64,000 nt of DNA from an uncultured Candidatus Binatia bacterium (lineage in GTDB: Bacteria; Desulfobacterota; Binatia; UBA9968; JAJDTQ01). The notes under the pieces were generated by a model, which saw nothing but the letters and a program-made list of their open reading frames with translations, was not told the DNA's origin and did not search any database. The DNA is taken from contig OZ251459.1 of assembly GCA_965242525.1 (NCBI GenBank), positions 1,536,001 to 1,600,000 on the forward strand, in the 5' to 3' direction. Shown one piece after another: positions 8,748 to 18,766 of the stretch (positions are counted from its first letter, which is position 1; each line of letters opens with the position of its first letter). Made by a program: the position numbers and the translations under genes.

Positions 8748-10829
8748 TCACACGTTCCCATAGTCGAACTCTACGATCACGTTCCGATGCTCGTCAACCC
8801 GGGCGCGCCCGCGGGCGCTCACCACCAGGGTGGACTCCCGCTCCTCCACTACCGCGGGCCCCGGGAAGGTCATGCCCGGGGCCAGGGCGTAGCGGTCCAG
8901 CACCGGGGTCTCCACGAACTCCCCCCGGGCCGGCGAGAACACCGGGCGCGCGCCCTTCTCCGCCGGGGTCCCGGTCTCCTTCCCGCTCCGGGCGGAGAAG
9001 TCCAGCCGCGGCTCCGGCCCCCGGGCCACCACGCGCCAGTTGACGACCTCCACCGCCACGTCCGGGACCGTGCGCCCGTACATGCGCTCGTAGGTGCGCT
9101 CGAAGGCCCGGGCGATGGCGCCGCGGTGGCCCGCGCCGAGCACGCCGTCGGGTATGGGCACCGACACTTCGTGCCCCTGCCCGGTGTAGCGCATGTCCGC
9201 GGTGCGCTCGTACGCGATATCGTCCGGCGCCAGCCCCGACCGCTCCAGGATGGCGCGCCCCTCGCCGCACATGTCGTCGAACAGGCCGTTGACGAAACCC
9301 CAGTCCAGATCGTCCAGGCGGCTGTAGGCGCTGCGCACGAAGTCGAAGGCCAGGGGCGCGGCCAACAGTCCGAAGGTGGATCCCACGCCCGCGCCCATGG
9401 GGGAGACCAGGGTGGGCAGGCGCAGCAACTCCGCCACGTGGCACCCGTGCACCGGCCCGGCGCCGCCGAAGGCGTACAGGGGCAGTTCCCGTGGGTCCTT
9501 GCCCCGCTCCCCCAGGTGGGCGCGGGCGGCGTTGGCCATGTTCTCGTTGACGATCTGGTGCATGCCCCAAGCCACTTCCTCCACGCGCATGCCGAGTTGC
9601 GCGGCCACGCTGGCAAGGGCCTGCCGCGCCGCGTCCACGTGGAGCTTCATCTCGCCGCCCAGGAAGTAGTCGGGGTCGAAGTAGCCGAGGACCAGGTTGG
9701 CGTCGGTGACCGTGGGGCGCACGCCGCCGCGGCCGTAGCAGGCCGGACCCGGCTCGGCCCCGGCGCTCTCGGGTCCCACCTTGAGCAGGCCCAGGGAGTC
9801 CACCCGGGCGATGCTGCCGCCGCCGGCGCCGATCTCGATCATGTCGATGACCGGGACCTTGATGGGCAGGCCGCTGCCCTTGCGGAAGCGATATACCCGG
9901 TCCACCTCGAACTCCCGGGCCCTGAGCGGAGAGCCGTTCTCCACCGCGCACAGCTTGGCGGTGGTGCCGCCCATGTCGAAGGAGAGCAGGTCCGGGTAGC
10001 CCGCGCGCCGTCCCAGCGCGGCCGCGGCCAGGGCCCCCGCGGCCGGCCCCGATTCGAGCATGCGCACGGGGAACCGGGCCGCGGTCTCGGGAGTGCCGAT
10101 GCCGCCGCTGGACAGCATCACGAAGAAGCTGCCGGTGAACCGCAAGCCGTCCAGCCGCTGCCGCAGCTCGTGGAGGTAGGCGGCCACGCGCTCCTGCACA
10201 TAGACGTTGGCCGCGGTGGTGCTGGTGCGCTGGAACTCCCGGATCTCGGGCACCACGTCCGCGCTCACCGACACGCGGATCTCCGGGGCCACATCAGTGA
10301 TGATCTCCCGGGTGCGGCGTTCGTGGGCCGGGTTGCGGAAGCTGTTGAGGTAGCACACCGCCACCGCCCGCACCCCCTTGTCCCGGAGCTCGGCCGCCAG
10401 GGTCCGCACGAAGTCTTCGTCCAGGGGTTCGATCACGGCGCCGTCCGCGGCCATCCGCTCGGGCACGTCGAAGCGGAGGTAGCGCGGCACCAGCGGCTTG
10501 GGGAACTCCAGGTCCAGGTCGTAGAGCTCGTAGCGGTGCTCGCGGCCGATCTCCAGCGCGTCCCGGAACCCCTCGGTGGTGAGCAGCGCGGTGAGCGCTC
10601 CCTTGCGCTCGATCAGGGCGTTGGTAACCAGGGTGGTGCCGTGCACCACCGTCCCCTGCCCGGCCCGGTCCACGATGCCGGTCTCCAGCCCCTGCTTCAT
10701 GGCCGTCTCCACCGCCACGCTGGGGTCCTCGTGGGTGGTGAGGGTCTTGCCGATGAAGGATGCGCCGTCCTCGGCCACCAGGAGCAGGTCCGTGAAGGTC
10801 CCGCCGATGTCAACGCCAACGCGGTACAT
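8748..10829 (-). CDS. Hydantoinase A / oxoprolinase subunit A family
   Basis: Start MYRVGVDIGGTFTD; HGTTLVTN, ESGPAAG, DMGGTT, IGAGGGS, PTVTDANL, AFGGAGP. Confidence 0.9.
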   Translation of the reverse strand: MYRVGVDIGGTFTDLLLVAEDGASFIGKTLTTHEDPSVAVETAMKQGLETGIVDRAGQGTVVHGTTLVTNALIERKGALTALLTTEGFRDALEIGREHRYELYDLDLEFPKPLVPRYLRFDVPERMAADGAVIEPLDEDFVRTLAAELRDKGVRAVAVCYLNSFRNPAHERRTREIITDVAPEIRVSVSADVVPEIREFQRTSTTAANVYVQERVAAYLHELRQRLDGLRFTGSFFVMLSSGGIGTPETAARFPVRMLESGPAAGALAAAALGRRAGYPDLLSFDMGGTTAKLCAVENGSPLRAREFEVDRVYRFRKGSGLPIKVPVIDMIEIGAGGGSIARVDSLGLLKVGPESAGAEPGPACYGRGGVRPTVTDANLVLGYFDPDYFLGGEMKLHVDAARQALASVAAQLGMRVEEVAWGMHQIVNENMANAARAHLGERGKDPRELPLYAFGGAGPVHGCHVAELLRLPTLVSPMGAGVGSTFGLLAAPLAFDFVRSAYSRLDDLDWGFVNGLFDDMCGEGRAILERSGLAPDDIAYERTADMRYTGQGHEVSVPIPDGVLGAGHRGAIARAFERTYERMYGRTVPDVAVEVVNWRVVARGPEPRLDFSARSGKETGTPAEKGARPVFSPARGEFVETPVLDRYALAPGMTFPGPAVVEERESTLVVSARGRARVDEHRNVIVEFDYGNV

Positions 10830-10906
10830 GGGAATCTTTCGGAGACGAAGAACCGCCGACGGCCGGCGCGGTGCGTGGGCCGGGCGCGGCCGCGGACCTG
10901 CGTCGG

Positions 10907-11911
10907 CTACTGGGCGAACAGGTCCATCAGGGCGTCGGTCTGGTCCGCCGCGGCCGGGCGGAGCAGGGGGATCTTGACGCCCGCGTCGCGGTACTGCTGC
11001 ACCCGCGCCTTGACCTCGTCCGGGGTGCCGCTGGCGGTCATGCCCTCCACGTAGGAGTCGGGGACGGCCTCGATGAGCGCCTCCATGCCGCCCTTGGCGT
11101 GGGCCTCCTCGAACCGGGGGATGTCTTCCTCGTGGATGTAGGGCTCGCCCACGCGCATCTTGGGGCGGGCGATGAACGGAAGCTGCACGGGGTCGAGCTT
11201 GGTGGCCACTTCCCAGCGGATGGCGTCCAGGGCCTTGGCGTGGTCGTCGGCGATGGAGCAGTTGATCAACTGGGCCACCTCGAACTTGGAGAAGTCGCGC
11301 CCCGCTTCCTCCGCGGCTTCCCGGATGATCTTGAGGGCGTTGGCGGTGTACTCCGGCGAGCACACCGCGTTGAGCACCACGCCGTCGCCGATCTGGCCCG
11401 CGAGCTTCAGGCCGGGCCTCGCGGTGGCCGGGAGGTAGAGAGGGATGCTGGTGCGCAGGGGCTTCCAGCCGATGCCCACGTTGTCGAACTTGACGAACTG
11501 TCCCTGGTAGCTCACCTTCTCGCCGCTGAACAGCAGGCGCATGGACTCGATGTATTCCCTGAGCACCTGCACCGGGTCCTGGTGCTCCATGGCGTGGACC
11601 CTGGCGTGGCTGCGGGTGCAGGCGCCCGGAGCGAGGGTCAGGCGCCCCCCGGTCAACTCGTCCAGGGTCATCAGCGACTGGGCCATGCAGATGGGCGTGC
11701 GCAGGCGCACGATCTGGGTGGCCCCCAGCGTGACCCTGGAAGTGGCCAGGCCCATGGCCGCCAAGGCCGAGACCGAGTCGCGCATGAGCTCGATGGTCTC
11801 GGAGAAGAACCCCATCTCGAAACCCCGCTCCTCCGCGCGCCGCATGAGATCGGCGATCTCCCGGACGTTGGTGAACTTTCCGTAACCCAGTGCGAAACCG
11901 ACCCTGGCCAT
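10907..11911 (-). CDS. LLM class flavin-dependent oxidoreductase
   Basis: Luciferase-like signatures (AEERGF, TSRVTLG, LDELTGGRL, LAGQIGDGVVL, GTPDEVKARV); RBS CAGGAGG. Confidence 0.8.
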   Translation of the reverse strand: MARVGFALGYGKFTNVREIADLMRRAEERGFEMGFFSETIELMRDSVSALAAMGLATSRVTLGATQIVRLRTPICMAQSLMTLDELTGGRLTLAPGACTRSHARVHAMEHQDPVQVLREYIESMRLLFSGEKVSYQGQFVKFDNVGIGWKPLRTSIPLYLPATARPGLKLAGQIGDGVVLNAVCSPEYTANALKIIREAAEEAGRDFSKFEVAQLINCSIADDHAKALDAIRWEVATKLDPVQLPFIARPKMRVGEPYIHEEDIPRFEEAHAKGGMEALIEAVPDSYVEGMTASGTPDEVKARVQQYRDAGVKIPLLRPAAADQTDALMDLFAQ

Positions 11912-12182
11912 GAGCCCTCCTGACTCCGTGAGCGCATCCCCGGCCCGCGTCCTTCAGGATCTCCCGGTGCGAGCCCCGAACCGGAAGGGAGCGTCGGTCA
12001 TGTCCTTCACGGGAGGGTCCCGCCCTGCGCCTTGCAGACTCGGCGCGTTTCGGAGGACGGCGGCGGGTGTTGCGGTGTCCTTGAAGAAAAAGCCTTTCTA
12101 TACCATGCGTTGCCGCCCGTCAAGGAACCGGGGGCCAAGGCCCGTTGCCACGCGCCCCTCGATTGCCTAAGCTGGCGGGAAG

Positions 12183-12788
12183 ATGCTGGGCCTCGACATC
12201 GACGGCGTGGTCGCCGACTTCCTCTCCCCCTTCCTCGTCCTGCTGGAGAAGAGGACCGGCAAGGGGCCCATCCCTGCCGACTCCCTCGTCAGCATCGATT
12301 TCACCGCCCACCCCGCGTTGACCGAGGAGGCGGTGGAGGCCTGCGCCGACGCGGTGAAGCGGGACCCCGGGTTCTGGACCGGCCTGGACTCCCTGTTGAG
12401 CCGGGAACAGTGGCGGCGCCTGGAGGCGCTGAACCGGCGAAAGCGGCTGTCGTTCATCACCCACCGGTCCGGCGGCGACGGCTGCGACATCCGCGCGGTG
12501 ACCGCGGAGTGGCTGCGGCGCCACGGCATCACCCAACCCGCGGTCTTCTTCACGGACGAACCCAAGTCCGGCTTCGTCGAGGAGCTAGGGGTGGCGCTCT
12601 TCGTGGACGACAACTACGAGAACTGCCGGGACGTGGCCGAGAAGACCGGCGCCCGGGTGATGATGCCGCACCATCCCTACAACCGGACCTTCTCGCATCC
12701 CGGGGTGAGGCGCATCACGCATTTCGACGAGGTGTTCGCACAGTTCGAGGGCGGTCGGGCGTTGGCCAAGGAGGCCGGCGGCGTTTGA
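12183..12788 (+). CDS. HAD-superfamily 5'(3')-nucleotidase (NT5C-like)
   Basis: LDIDGVVADF motif I, FITHR, FVDD, HPYN. Confidence 0.7.
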   Translation: MLGLDIDGVVADFLSPFLVLLEKRTGKGPIPADSLVSIDFTAHPALTEEAVEACADAVKRDPGFWTGLDSLLSREQWRRLEALNRRKRLSFITHRSGGDGCDIRAVTAEWLRRHGITQPAVFFTDEPKSGFVEELGVALFVDDNYENCRDVAEKTGARVMMPHHPYNRTFSHPGVRRITHFDEVFAQFEGGRALAKEAGGV

Positions 12789-12870
12789 CCATCGGGGTCC
12801 ATGCCCGGCGCCCGGCCTGCTCGCGGGCGGTTCCGGTCCGTCCGTGCCACCGGGGTCCGCGCCACCGGAA

Positions 12871-14034
12871 CTACCGGCCGAAGCTCCCCTCCCACATCAT
12901 CTCGACGGCCTTCGCATAGGGGAGCACGGTGACGCCGCCCGCCTTGAGGACCCGGTCGCCCCGATAGACGCCGTAGGCGTGCTGGATGTCGCCGGACTGC
13001 ATCAGGACGTTCAACCCCTTGTGGAAGGTCCCCTTCCAGGCAACGGACGACTTGATCTCGAAGCCCACCGCCTGCTTTCCCCTCTTCCAGACCAGGTCCA
13101 CCTCGTTGCCTGACTCCGTGCGCCAGTAGAAGAACTGTCCACCGTGGGACCGCCAAGCATTGAGGGCGCGGAACTCGTTGAGGACGAAGGTTTCGAACAG
13201 GGCGCCGGTTTCGGCCGCGGAAGGCTTCTCCCGGTGCAGACCCGCCAGGGCGCGCTGCACCCCGCAGTCGAACAGGTAGAACTTGGGATGGGCGGTCTCC
13301 TTGACCTTGGCCCGGTTGCGGTAGGCCGGCAGGCGCCAGCCCAGCAACGTGTCTTCCAGTATGCCGAAGTACCCCTGGACCGTGGACCGGGCCACGCCCA
13401 CGTCCCGGGCGATGTTGGCGATGTTCAGCACCTGTCCGTTCATGAGGCCGGCCACCGCCAGGAACCGATAGAAACCGTCCAGGTTCCTGACCAGGGCCTC
13501 CTGCTGGATCTCCTCCTTCAGGTAGGTCTCGACGTAGGCGTCGAGGAAGTCGATCTTCTCGGCCCGGGTAGCCGACGTGACGCTCAAGGGCAGTTGCCCG
13601 AAACGCAGCGCATCCTGCAAGCGGAAATCCTCGCCCAACTCCAGCAGGCTCAGGGGAAACATCCTCCTCAGGAGGGCGCGTCCGGCCAGCATGTTGGCCT
13701 GGGACCGCTTGAGCTTTCGGGCGCTGGAACCGGACAGCGCAAACCGGCAGGCGTACCGCTCGTCGAACAACAGGGCGTGAACCTCGTCCAGGAGTTCCGG
13801 GAGTTTCTGCACCTCGTCGATGACGACCCAGGCCGGCCGGTTTCCCAGCGCCGCCACTTCCTGCGCGAGAAGGGACGGGTCCCGTCTGTACCGCAGGTAT
13901 TCGCCGGACTTGAGAAGGTCGATGCTCAAGTCCGCATGGCCGAGGCGCTGGGCCAGCCACACGGATTTTCCCGTGCCTCGGGGACCGAACAGGAAGAAAC
14001 TCTTGTGGGGGAGGTCGAGCCTTCGGGGATACAT
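12871..14034 (-). CDS. AAA+ ATPase with C-terminal DUF4143/nuclease-like domain (COG1373)
   Basis: Start MYPRRL; GPRGTGKS, IDEVQK, SGSS, LAGR, PKFYLFDCG, YWRT..EVD..EIK. Confidence 0.85.
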   Translation of the reverse strand: MYPRRLDLPHKSFFLFGPRGTGKSVWLAQRLGHADLSIDLLKSGEYLRYRRDPSLLAQEVAALGNRPAWVVIDEVQKLPELLDEVHALLFDERYACRFALSGSSARKLKRSQANMLAGRALLRRMFPLSLLELGEDFRLQDALRFGQLPLSVTSATRAEKIDFLDAYVETYLKEEIQQEALVRNLDGFYRFLAVAGLMNGQVLNIANIARDVGVARSTVQGYFGILEDTLLGWRLPAYRNRAKVKETAHPKFYLFDCGVQRALAGLHREKPSAAETGALFETFVLNEFRALNAWRSHGGQFFYWRTESGNEVDLVWKRGKQAVGFEIKSSVAWKGTFHKGLNVLMQSGDIQHAYGVYRGDRVLKAGGVTVLPYAKAVEMMWEGSFGR

Positions 14035-14266
14035 GTCGGCGGTTCCGTCGAATTTACCGTAAAAATGACGGAACCACCGACGGCTGTCAACCACCCGGAC
14101 GCGTCGGCCCGGGGCTACCGGGACGCCGCGCCGTTGCGGCGCGTCCCTCGTTTGCGTAAGCTGGACCCAGGAGAACGGGTTTTCAACGGGTTTTCAACGT
14201 GGACGCCGTGGCGGCCGGGCTTCCCTCTCGCTTCCGCCGCCGGCGTCGGCTTGGCGGAGGATCACC

Positions 14267-14992
14267 ATGTACGGCTGGCGCGCGCGTGTGGGCCATGTGG
14301 CCCCGTCCCGCGGGGACACCCTAGTTTACGAGTTCTACCGCATGTTGCCCGAGGGGTTCCAGTTGCTCAACAGCACCGGGACCATACGGCAACTGGTGGA
14401 CACGGACTTCGAGCGGCAGCTCGGGCGCATCGAGGAAGCGGCCCTGGATTTGGTGGACAACGGCTGCGACGTGGTGGTCCTCGGAGGCTCCCCGCTCTTC
14501 ACCAAGCTGGGGCACGGCAGCGACGTGGAGATGGGCCGGCGGCTCACCGAGAAGACCGGCGTCCCCGTCACCGCGGGGATTACCGGCGAGGTGCAGGCCC
14601 TCAAGGCCATGGGGCTCCGCCGCCTGGTGGTGGCCACCCCCCACGAGGACGAACTGAACGCCCGGATGAAGGCGTTCCTGGAGGCTTCCGGCTTCGAGGT
14701 TCTGCGGGTCGAGGGCTACGGGCTCCGCAAGAACTCCGCCATCTCCGACCTGCCCGTTCACGCCTCCTACAAGATCGCCAAGCGCCTGTACGAAAAGGCC
14801 CCGGAAGCCGACGGCATCTTCATCCCCTGCCCGCGCTGGCCCACCATCGAGGACGTGGAACTCCTGGAGCACGAGATCGGCAAGCCGGTGGTGACCAGTT
14901 GCCAAGCCTACATCTGGCACGCCCTGAACCTGATCCGCATCCGGCAGGAGGTCAGCGGCTACGGGCGGTTGATGGGGAGCTTGGCGGCGTGA
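14267..14992 (+). CDS. Maleate cis-trans isomerase / Asp-Glu racemase family protein
   Basis: YGWRARVGHVAPS, VATPH, DGIFIPC, LEHEIGKPVVTS, GYGRL; RBS GGAGG. Confidence 0.8.
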   Translation: MYGWRARVGHVAPSRGDTLVYEFYRMLPEGFQLLNSTGTIRQLVDTDFERQLGRIEEAALDLVDNGCDVVVLGGSPLFTKLGHGSDVEMGRRLTEKTGVPVTAGITGEVQALKAMGLRRLVVATPHEDELNARMKAFLEASGFEVLRVEGYGLRKNSAISDLPVHASYKIAKRLYEKAPEADGIFIPCPRWPTIEDVELLEHEIGKPVVTSCQAYIWHALNLIRIRQEVSGYGRLMGSLAA

Positions 14993-15082
14993 GCGGACGG
15001 AGGCGATGGAGCGGAGTGTCCTCGATACGTTGGAAACCTCGTCTCGCGCAAAATCGAGGGTGTCCCAGAGGAAGAAGAAACG

Positions 15083-15349
15083 ATGATGAATCGGCCGATG
15101 GAAGTGGAAGCGCGCGACGGCTATCGCATCTGGCTGCGCTACTCGGACGGGACCGCGGGTGAAGTCGATTTGTCGCACCCGGCCGGACGAGGCGTGTTCG
15201 CGGCCTGGAACGACCGCGCTTGCTTCGAGGCGGTCCGTGTAACGGCCGACGGTGGAATCGCCTGGGGAGAGGACCTCGATCTTTGCCCCGACACGATCTA
15301 TATGCAGCTCACCGGGAAACCCAACCGGGAAGTGGCGGATAGGCGATGA
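15083..15349 (+). CDS. DUF2442 domain protein (antitoxin-like)
   Basis: GYRIWLRYSDG..GEVDL..GVF..F..V..GGIAW..DLDLCPD.IY pattern. Confidence 0.75.
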   Translation: MMNRPMEVEARDGYRIWLRYSDGTAGEVDLSHPAGRGVFAAWNDRACFEAVRVTADGGIAWGEDLDLCPDTIYMQLTGKPNREVADRR

Positions 15350-15603
15350 GCCTCAACATCAAAGACGCCGAGGCCTGTCGACTCGCCGGCGAGCTCGCGC
15401 GGCTGACTGGCGAGAGCATGAGCGGCGCGATTACCATCGCGCTGCGCGAACGCCTGGAGCCTGAAAAGCGCCGCCGCGGCGCAGACGCCCTGGCTCGAGA
15501 ACTTCACGTCATCGAACAGCGCTGCGCCAGTCTCCTGGGGCCGGGACCATCGGCCGCGGAGCATGGCGATCTGCTTTACGATGAGCGAGGACTGCCCAAG
15601 TGA
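15346..15603 (+). CDS. vapB: VapB antitoxin (Rv0623-like)
   Basis: MSLNIKD.EA.RLA.ELARLTGES..AITIALRERL...LLYDERGLP. Confidence 0.85.
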   Translation: MSLNIKDAEACRLAGELARLTGESMSGAITIALRERLEPEKRRRGADALARELHVIEQRCASLLGPGPSAAEHGDLLYDERGLPK

Positions 15604-15790
15604 TCGTTGATACTTCGGCAGTCCTTGCCGTTTTGCTTGACGAGCCAGACGCGGGACGCTACGAAGATGCGCGCGGCGGCTTGGCCTCGTCGCATCGCGG
15701 TGGTTGGGTTGCTCGAAGCTGCGATGGTCGTCGAAAGCAGAGGCCGAGCGGGGACGGGACAGGAACTCGACGTGTTGCCAGAAAATTTTG
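15600..15790 (+). pseudogene. vapC: VapC PIN toxin, frameshifted and truncated
   Basis: MIVDTSAVLAVLLDEPDAGRYEDA in one frame continues as AAWPRRIAVVGLLEAAMVVESRG..GQELD in another; C-terminal half absent. Confidence 0.8.
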
Positions 15791-15799
15791 GAGACCGAG

Positions 15800-16246
15800 A
15801 TGGAAATCTCTGATGCAACCGTATGGCAGGTGGCCGCAGGAGACAGGAAGAGATCCTACCAGGATGTGTTTCTGGATTGGGACGTGGTTTGTATTGGTCC
15901 AGGCGCCAGAGGGGAATGGCCGAAGTGCAAGGAGCAATTGATTAAGGATGGCTTCAGTCTTAAGGGACTCAACAAAATCGAAAGATTACACAATGAGATG
16001 AAGGAGGGAGACGTAGTCGTCTTGCGCATCGACACAGGAAAGGTCTACGGAGTAGGTCGAGTCGTCGGCGACTGCTGCTGGAACGACCACTTCGGAGATA
16101 TTGACGGCTGGGACCTTCAATTCGTCCGACGTGTAGTTTGGCTTTGGGATTATCGAAAAGATAATGATGGCAAGCCAAAGGGCTTCGAAGCCGGCGAAAT
16201 GAGAGGGGTGCCGCGGTTCTACAACTTAAGGAAGATGGACCCGTGA
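15800..16246 (+). CDS. Putative EVE/PUA-like modified-DNA reader domain (possibly N-terminal half of a split restriction endonuclease)
   Basis: W..AAG...GPG..EMKEGDVVVL..VYGVGRVVGD..W..RRVVW pattern resembling Mrr/McrB-type N-terminal domains; lower GC. Confidence 0.5.
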   Translation: MEISDATVWQVAAGDRKRSYQDVFLDWDVVCIGPGARGEWPKCKEQLIKDGFSLKGLNKIERLHNEMKEGDVVVLRIDTGKVYGVGRVVGDCCWNDHFGDIDGWDLQFVRRVVWLWDYRKDNDGKPKGFEAGEMRGVPRFYNLRKMDP

Positions 16247-16905
16247 GAAATTGGATCGGTCATCCCGATTTTCCACCAAGGGAGTTACGGTGTGACCTTG
16301 TTCCACTTCCAGATGGCGAGCCAAAATCCATTGAGGTCTCGGAGGTGGCCGACTACCTGTTCGATCAAGGGGTCGCCGCAGACTCGATCAATGCCCTCAT
16401 CAAAGACTTGGGAGAGCTGCAGCGCATCGCTTCCTGGTACTATCGGAGCGGCACAAGGCCATCCGAATACGAAACAGTGGCTTACCTGGGGGTTCCGTTA
16501 CTTCGGGCTTTGGGTTGGACACCACAACAAATGGCGGTTGAATGGGACAAGATTGATATTGCTCTGTTCAGTCGACTCCCCAGAGGCGATAAAAACCTGG
16601 CGGTGGTGGTCGAGGCCAAAAAACGTGATGACGCTGTCATGTCTTATGAGGTCCTGTTACAAGCCGTAGGTTACGCGACCCAGCCCGGACGTGACGAATG
16701 CCACCGGATCATATGCACGGATGGGATCCGATACGCTGTGTATGTCAAGGGCAACAACGGCCATTTTCCTGATTCTCCTTATACTCCGACAGCCTACCTC
16801 AACATAAACAGGATGATGGATGGCTATCCTGTTTTGAAGTGCCCCGGCGCGGCTGAGGCGCTGCGACTGATTTCCTCCGATTGGACGGGCGAAGCACCCG
16901 AATAG
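16243..16905 (+). CDS. PD-(D/E)xK restriction endonuclease domain (HsdR_N-like)
   Basis: SEYETV..L.VPLLRALGW..EW..IDIALF..VVVEAKK..QAVGYA..TDGIRY. Confidence 0.65.
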   Translation: MRNWIGHPDFPPRELRCDLVPLPDGEPKSIEVSEVADYLFDQGVAADSINALIKDLGELQRIASWYYRSGTRPSEYETVAYLGVPLLRALGWTPQQMAVEWDKIDIALFSRLPRGDKNLAVVVEAKKRDDAVMSYEVLLQAVGYATQPGRDECHRIICTDGIRYAVYVKGNNGHFPDSPYTPTAYLNINRMMDGYPVLKCPGAAEALRLISSDWTGEAPE

Positions 16906-17032
16906 CCCGGCCGGGAGTGACCCAGCAGTTGTCCGCTGAGTTGATGAACCCACCTTCGACTTGACCCATCGGACAGGACCGTTTCAATGGGGGAAGTCCT
17001 TGGTCCAATTACCGGGCATTTCGCCTGTTCCC

Positions 17033-18748
17033 TTACGACGCATGCATTTCCGAGATAAGCGAACGAGTATCTTCCAACAAGTCCGTGAGTTCCCGGAAGA
17101 GGTTGCTGCGCGAACGCCGCATGTCCCGGAGCTCATCCAGTTGCCCATCCACCTCTGCAAGACGCGTATCCAGGGATTCGGCCACATAGGTGTTGGTCGC
17201 TTCGTCGAAATGGAGTTCGATGGCATGGGCTGCTTCACCGAACCCCGCCCGCACGGCCGTTCGGCCTTCGCGCAGTTCCCGTTCCAGCTTGGCCGCATCG
17301 GCGTCTTCCTTGACCTGGAGCGCAACAGTCAAGACGACCCCCGCTACGCTCAAGACCCGACCGGCGTTCGTGATCGTGCGCGCCCATTTGACCGCTTCCC
17401 AGGGCTTGAAGGACTTTCCGAAGAGGTGTCCCAGGTCTTTTGCGAGACCGTGGGTCGCCGTACCCGAATACTGGCCGAGATTGAACAGACTCGCCCTGTC
17501 CGCGGGATTGAACGAGTGCTTGAGGAGGAACTGCCCGAGTTTGTGAGTCACGTCCGCACCCTGCCTTGCCATGGACAGTGTCTTCGGGTCGATATCGATA
17601 GCCTGGACCCTTTGGGTCAGCCTCGGCATCAGTTCCTTGACGAACTCGCCTTCGAGTATCCGATCTACACGTGCGGCAAGGTCGTTGACCTGCTCCGCCA
17701 TCGTCTCTTGAAGGGCGCCGGACAGAGCGTCCACGTGTTCCTGAACGCGCTCCTGGGCGGCCGCCAGTTCCCGGTTGACGGCCTCGGAGTCCGCCCCCTC
17801 ACGGATCAGCTCGGCCGCGTTGCGGCCTTCCTCCCGAATCCTGGCGGTCGTCTGATGGACCCTGCTTTCCACTGATCGCGAAAGCCGTGTCTTGCTGTCC
17901 AGCAACGCGCGCCTCTGCTGGATCAGCAACTCTTGCAGGGCGTCCACGTCAGGATCATCGCCGGTCTCGGCCGCGAGGGCCTCTTGGAGCGCCTGTTCGA
18001 GGGTGTAGAGCGCCGTCGTATAGCGCCCAGCCAGCCCCTTTTCCCGCACGAACGCATCGAGGTTGTCGATGAAGGCGTCGAAACCGCTCCTCTGCCGGTA
18101 TATCCTGCAAACATCTTCGTCTTCCTCTGCACGGGCCTCCAGCGCGGCCTCGGCGTCCACGAAAGAGAGGCGAAGTTGTTCCGGGGTGAAGGGGACGAGG
18201 ACTCTTCGGAGATCTTGCCGGATCACTTCCTGCGCTTCCGGTGTGTTGCCCTCGGCGCACCTCTGCATCTTGTTGACCACCAACAGCATTTCGTGGGCTT
18301 TTTCCCGTTCGACTGCGAGTTTCCTGAAGTGCTCCGCCATATGGGAGTCGAACAACTCGTTGGTGACGACGAAAACCAACAGGTCGGCCTTGCCGATGGC
18401 CTCGTAGGTGGTTTCGTCGTGGTCGGGCCGCAACTCCGTATGGACACCGGGAGTGTCCACCACCTTGATCCCGTTCCAGTCGAGTTGCCGGCCCTGCTCG
18501 GTGGTGATGCCGCCCCCGATCTCGATGTCTTCTCGACCGGTCATGGCCTTGAGGATGGAAGACTTGCCGGCACTGTATTGACCGGCGAAGACCACCTGCA
18601 CCGATTCTTCGAGAGGCGCCGCTTCTCCCGGAATGCGCTGCGCGAACTCCCGCACCTTGTCGAAAGGCGCATCCTCGAGGACTTCCCTGGCTCTGTCGAG
18701 CAGGGCTTGTCCTCTTTCGAGCCATTGTCCAAGCGCCAGATCCTTCAT
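17033..18748 (-). CDS. Dynamin-like GTPase (LeoA/CrfC-like)
   Basis: G1 AGQYSAGKSS, G2 ITT, G3 DTPG, G4 NKMQ; long helical region and a hydrophobic segment near the C-terminus. Confidence 0.75.
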   Translation of the reverse strand: MKDLALGQWLERGQALLDRAREVLEDAPFDKVREFAQRIPGEAAPLEESVQVVFAGQYSAGKSSILKAMTGREDIEIGGGITTEQGRQLDWNGIKVVDTPGVHTELRPDHDETTYEAIGKADLLVFVVTNELFDSHMAEHFRKLAVEREKAHEMLLVVNKMQRCAEGNTPEAQEVIRQDLRRVLVPFTPEQLRLSFVDAEAALEARAEEDEDVCRIYRQRSGFDAFIDNLDAFVREKGLAGRYTTALYTLEQALQEALAAETGDDPDVDALQELLIQQRRALLDSKTRLSRSVESRVHQTTARIREEGRNAAELIREGADSEAVNRELAAAQERVQEHVDALSGALQETMAEQVNDLAARVDRILEGEFVKELMPRLTQRVQAIDIDPKTLSMARQGADVTHKLGQFLLKHSFNPADRASLFNLGQYSGTATHGLAKDLGHLFGKSFKPWEAVKWARTITNAGRVLSVAGVVLTVALQVKEDADAAKLERELREGRTAVRAGFGEAAHAIELHFDEATNTYVAESLDTRLAEVDGQLDELRDMRRSRSNLFRELTDLLEDTRSLISEMHAS

Positions 18749-18766
18749 TGCTCACAGCCTCCATCT

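Noticed and set aside
8629-8751. N-terminal extensions in the ORF track for hydantoinase B, eda, ridA, the 44430 gene, Sel1, gcvT and the type IIG enzyme
   Set aside because: The extensions translate REP elements, intergenic DNA or neighbouring genes; starts were reset to family-consistent ATGs
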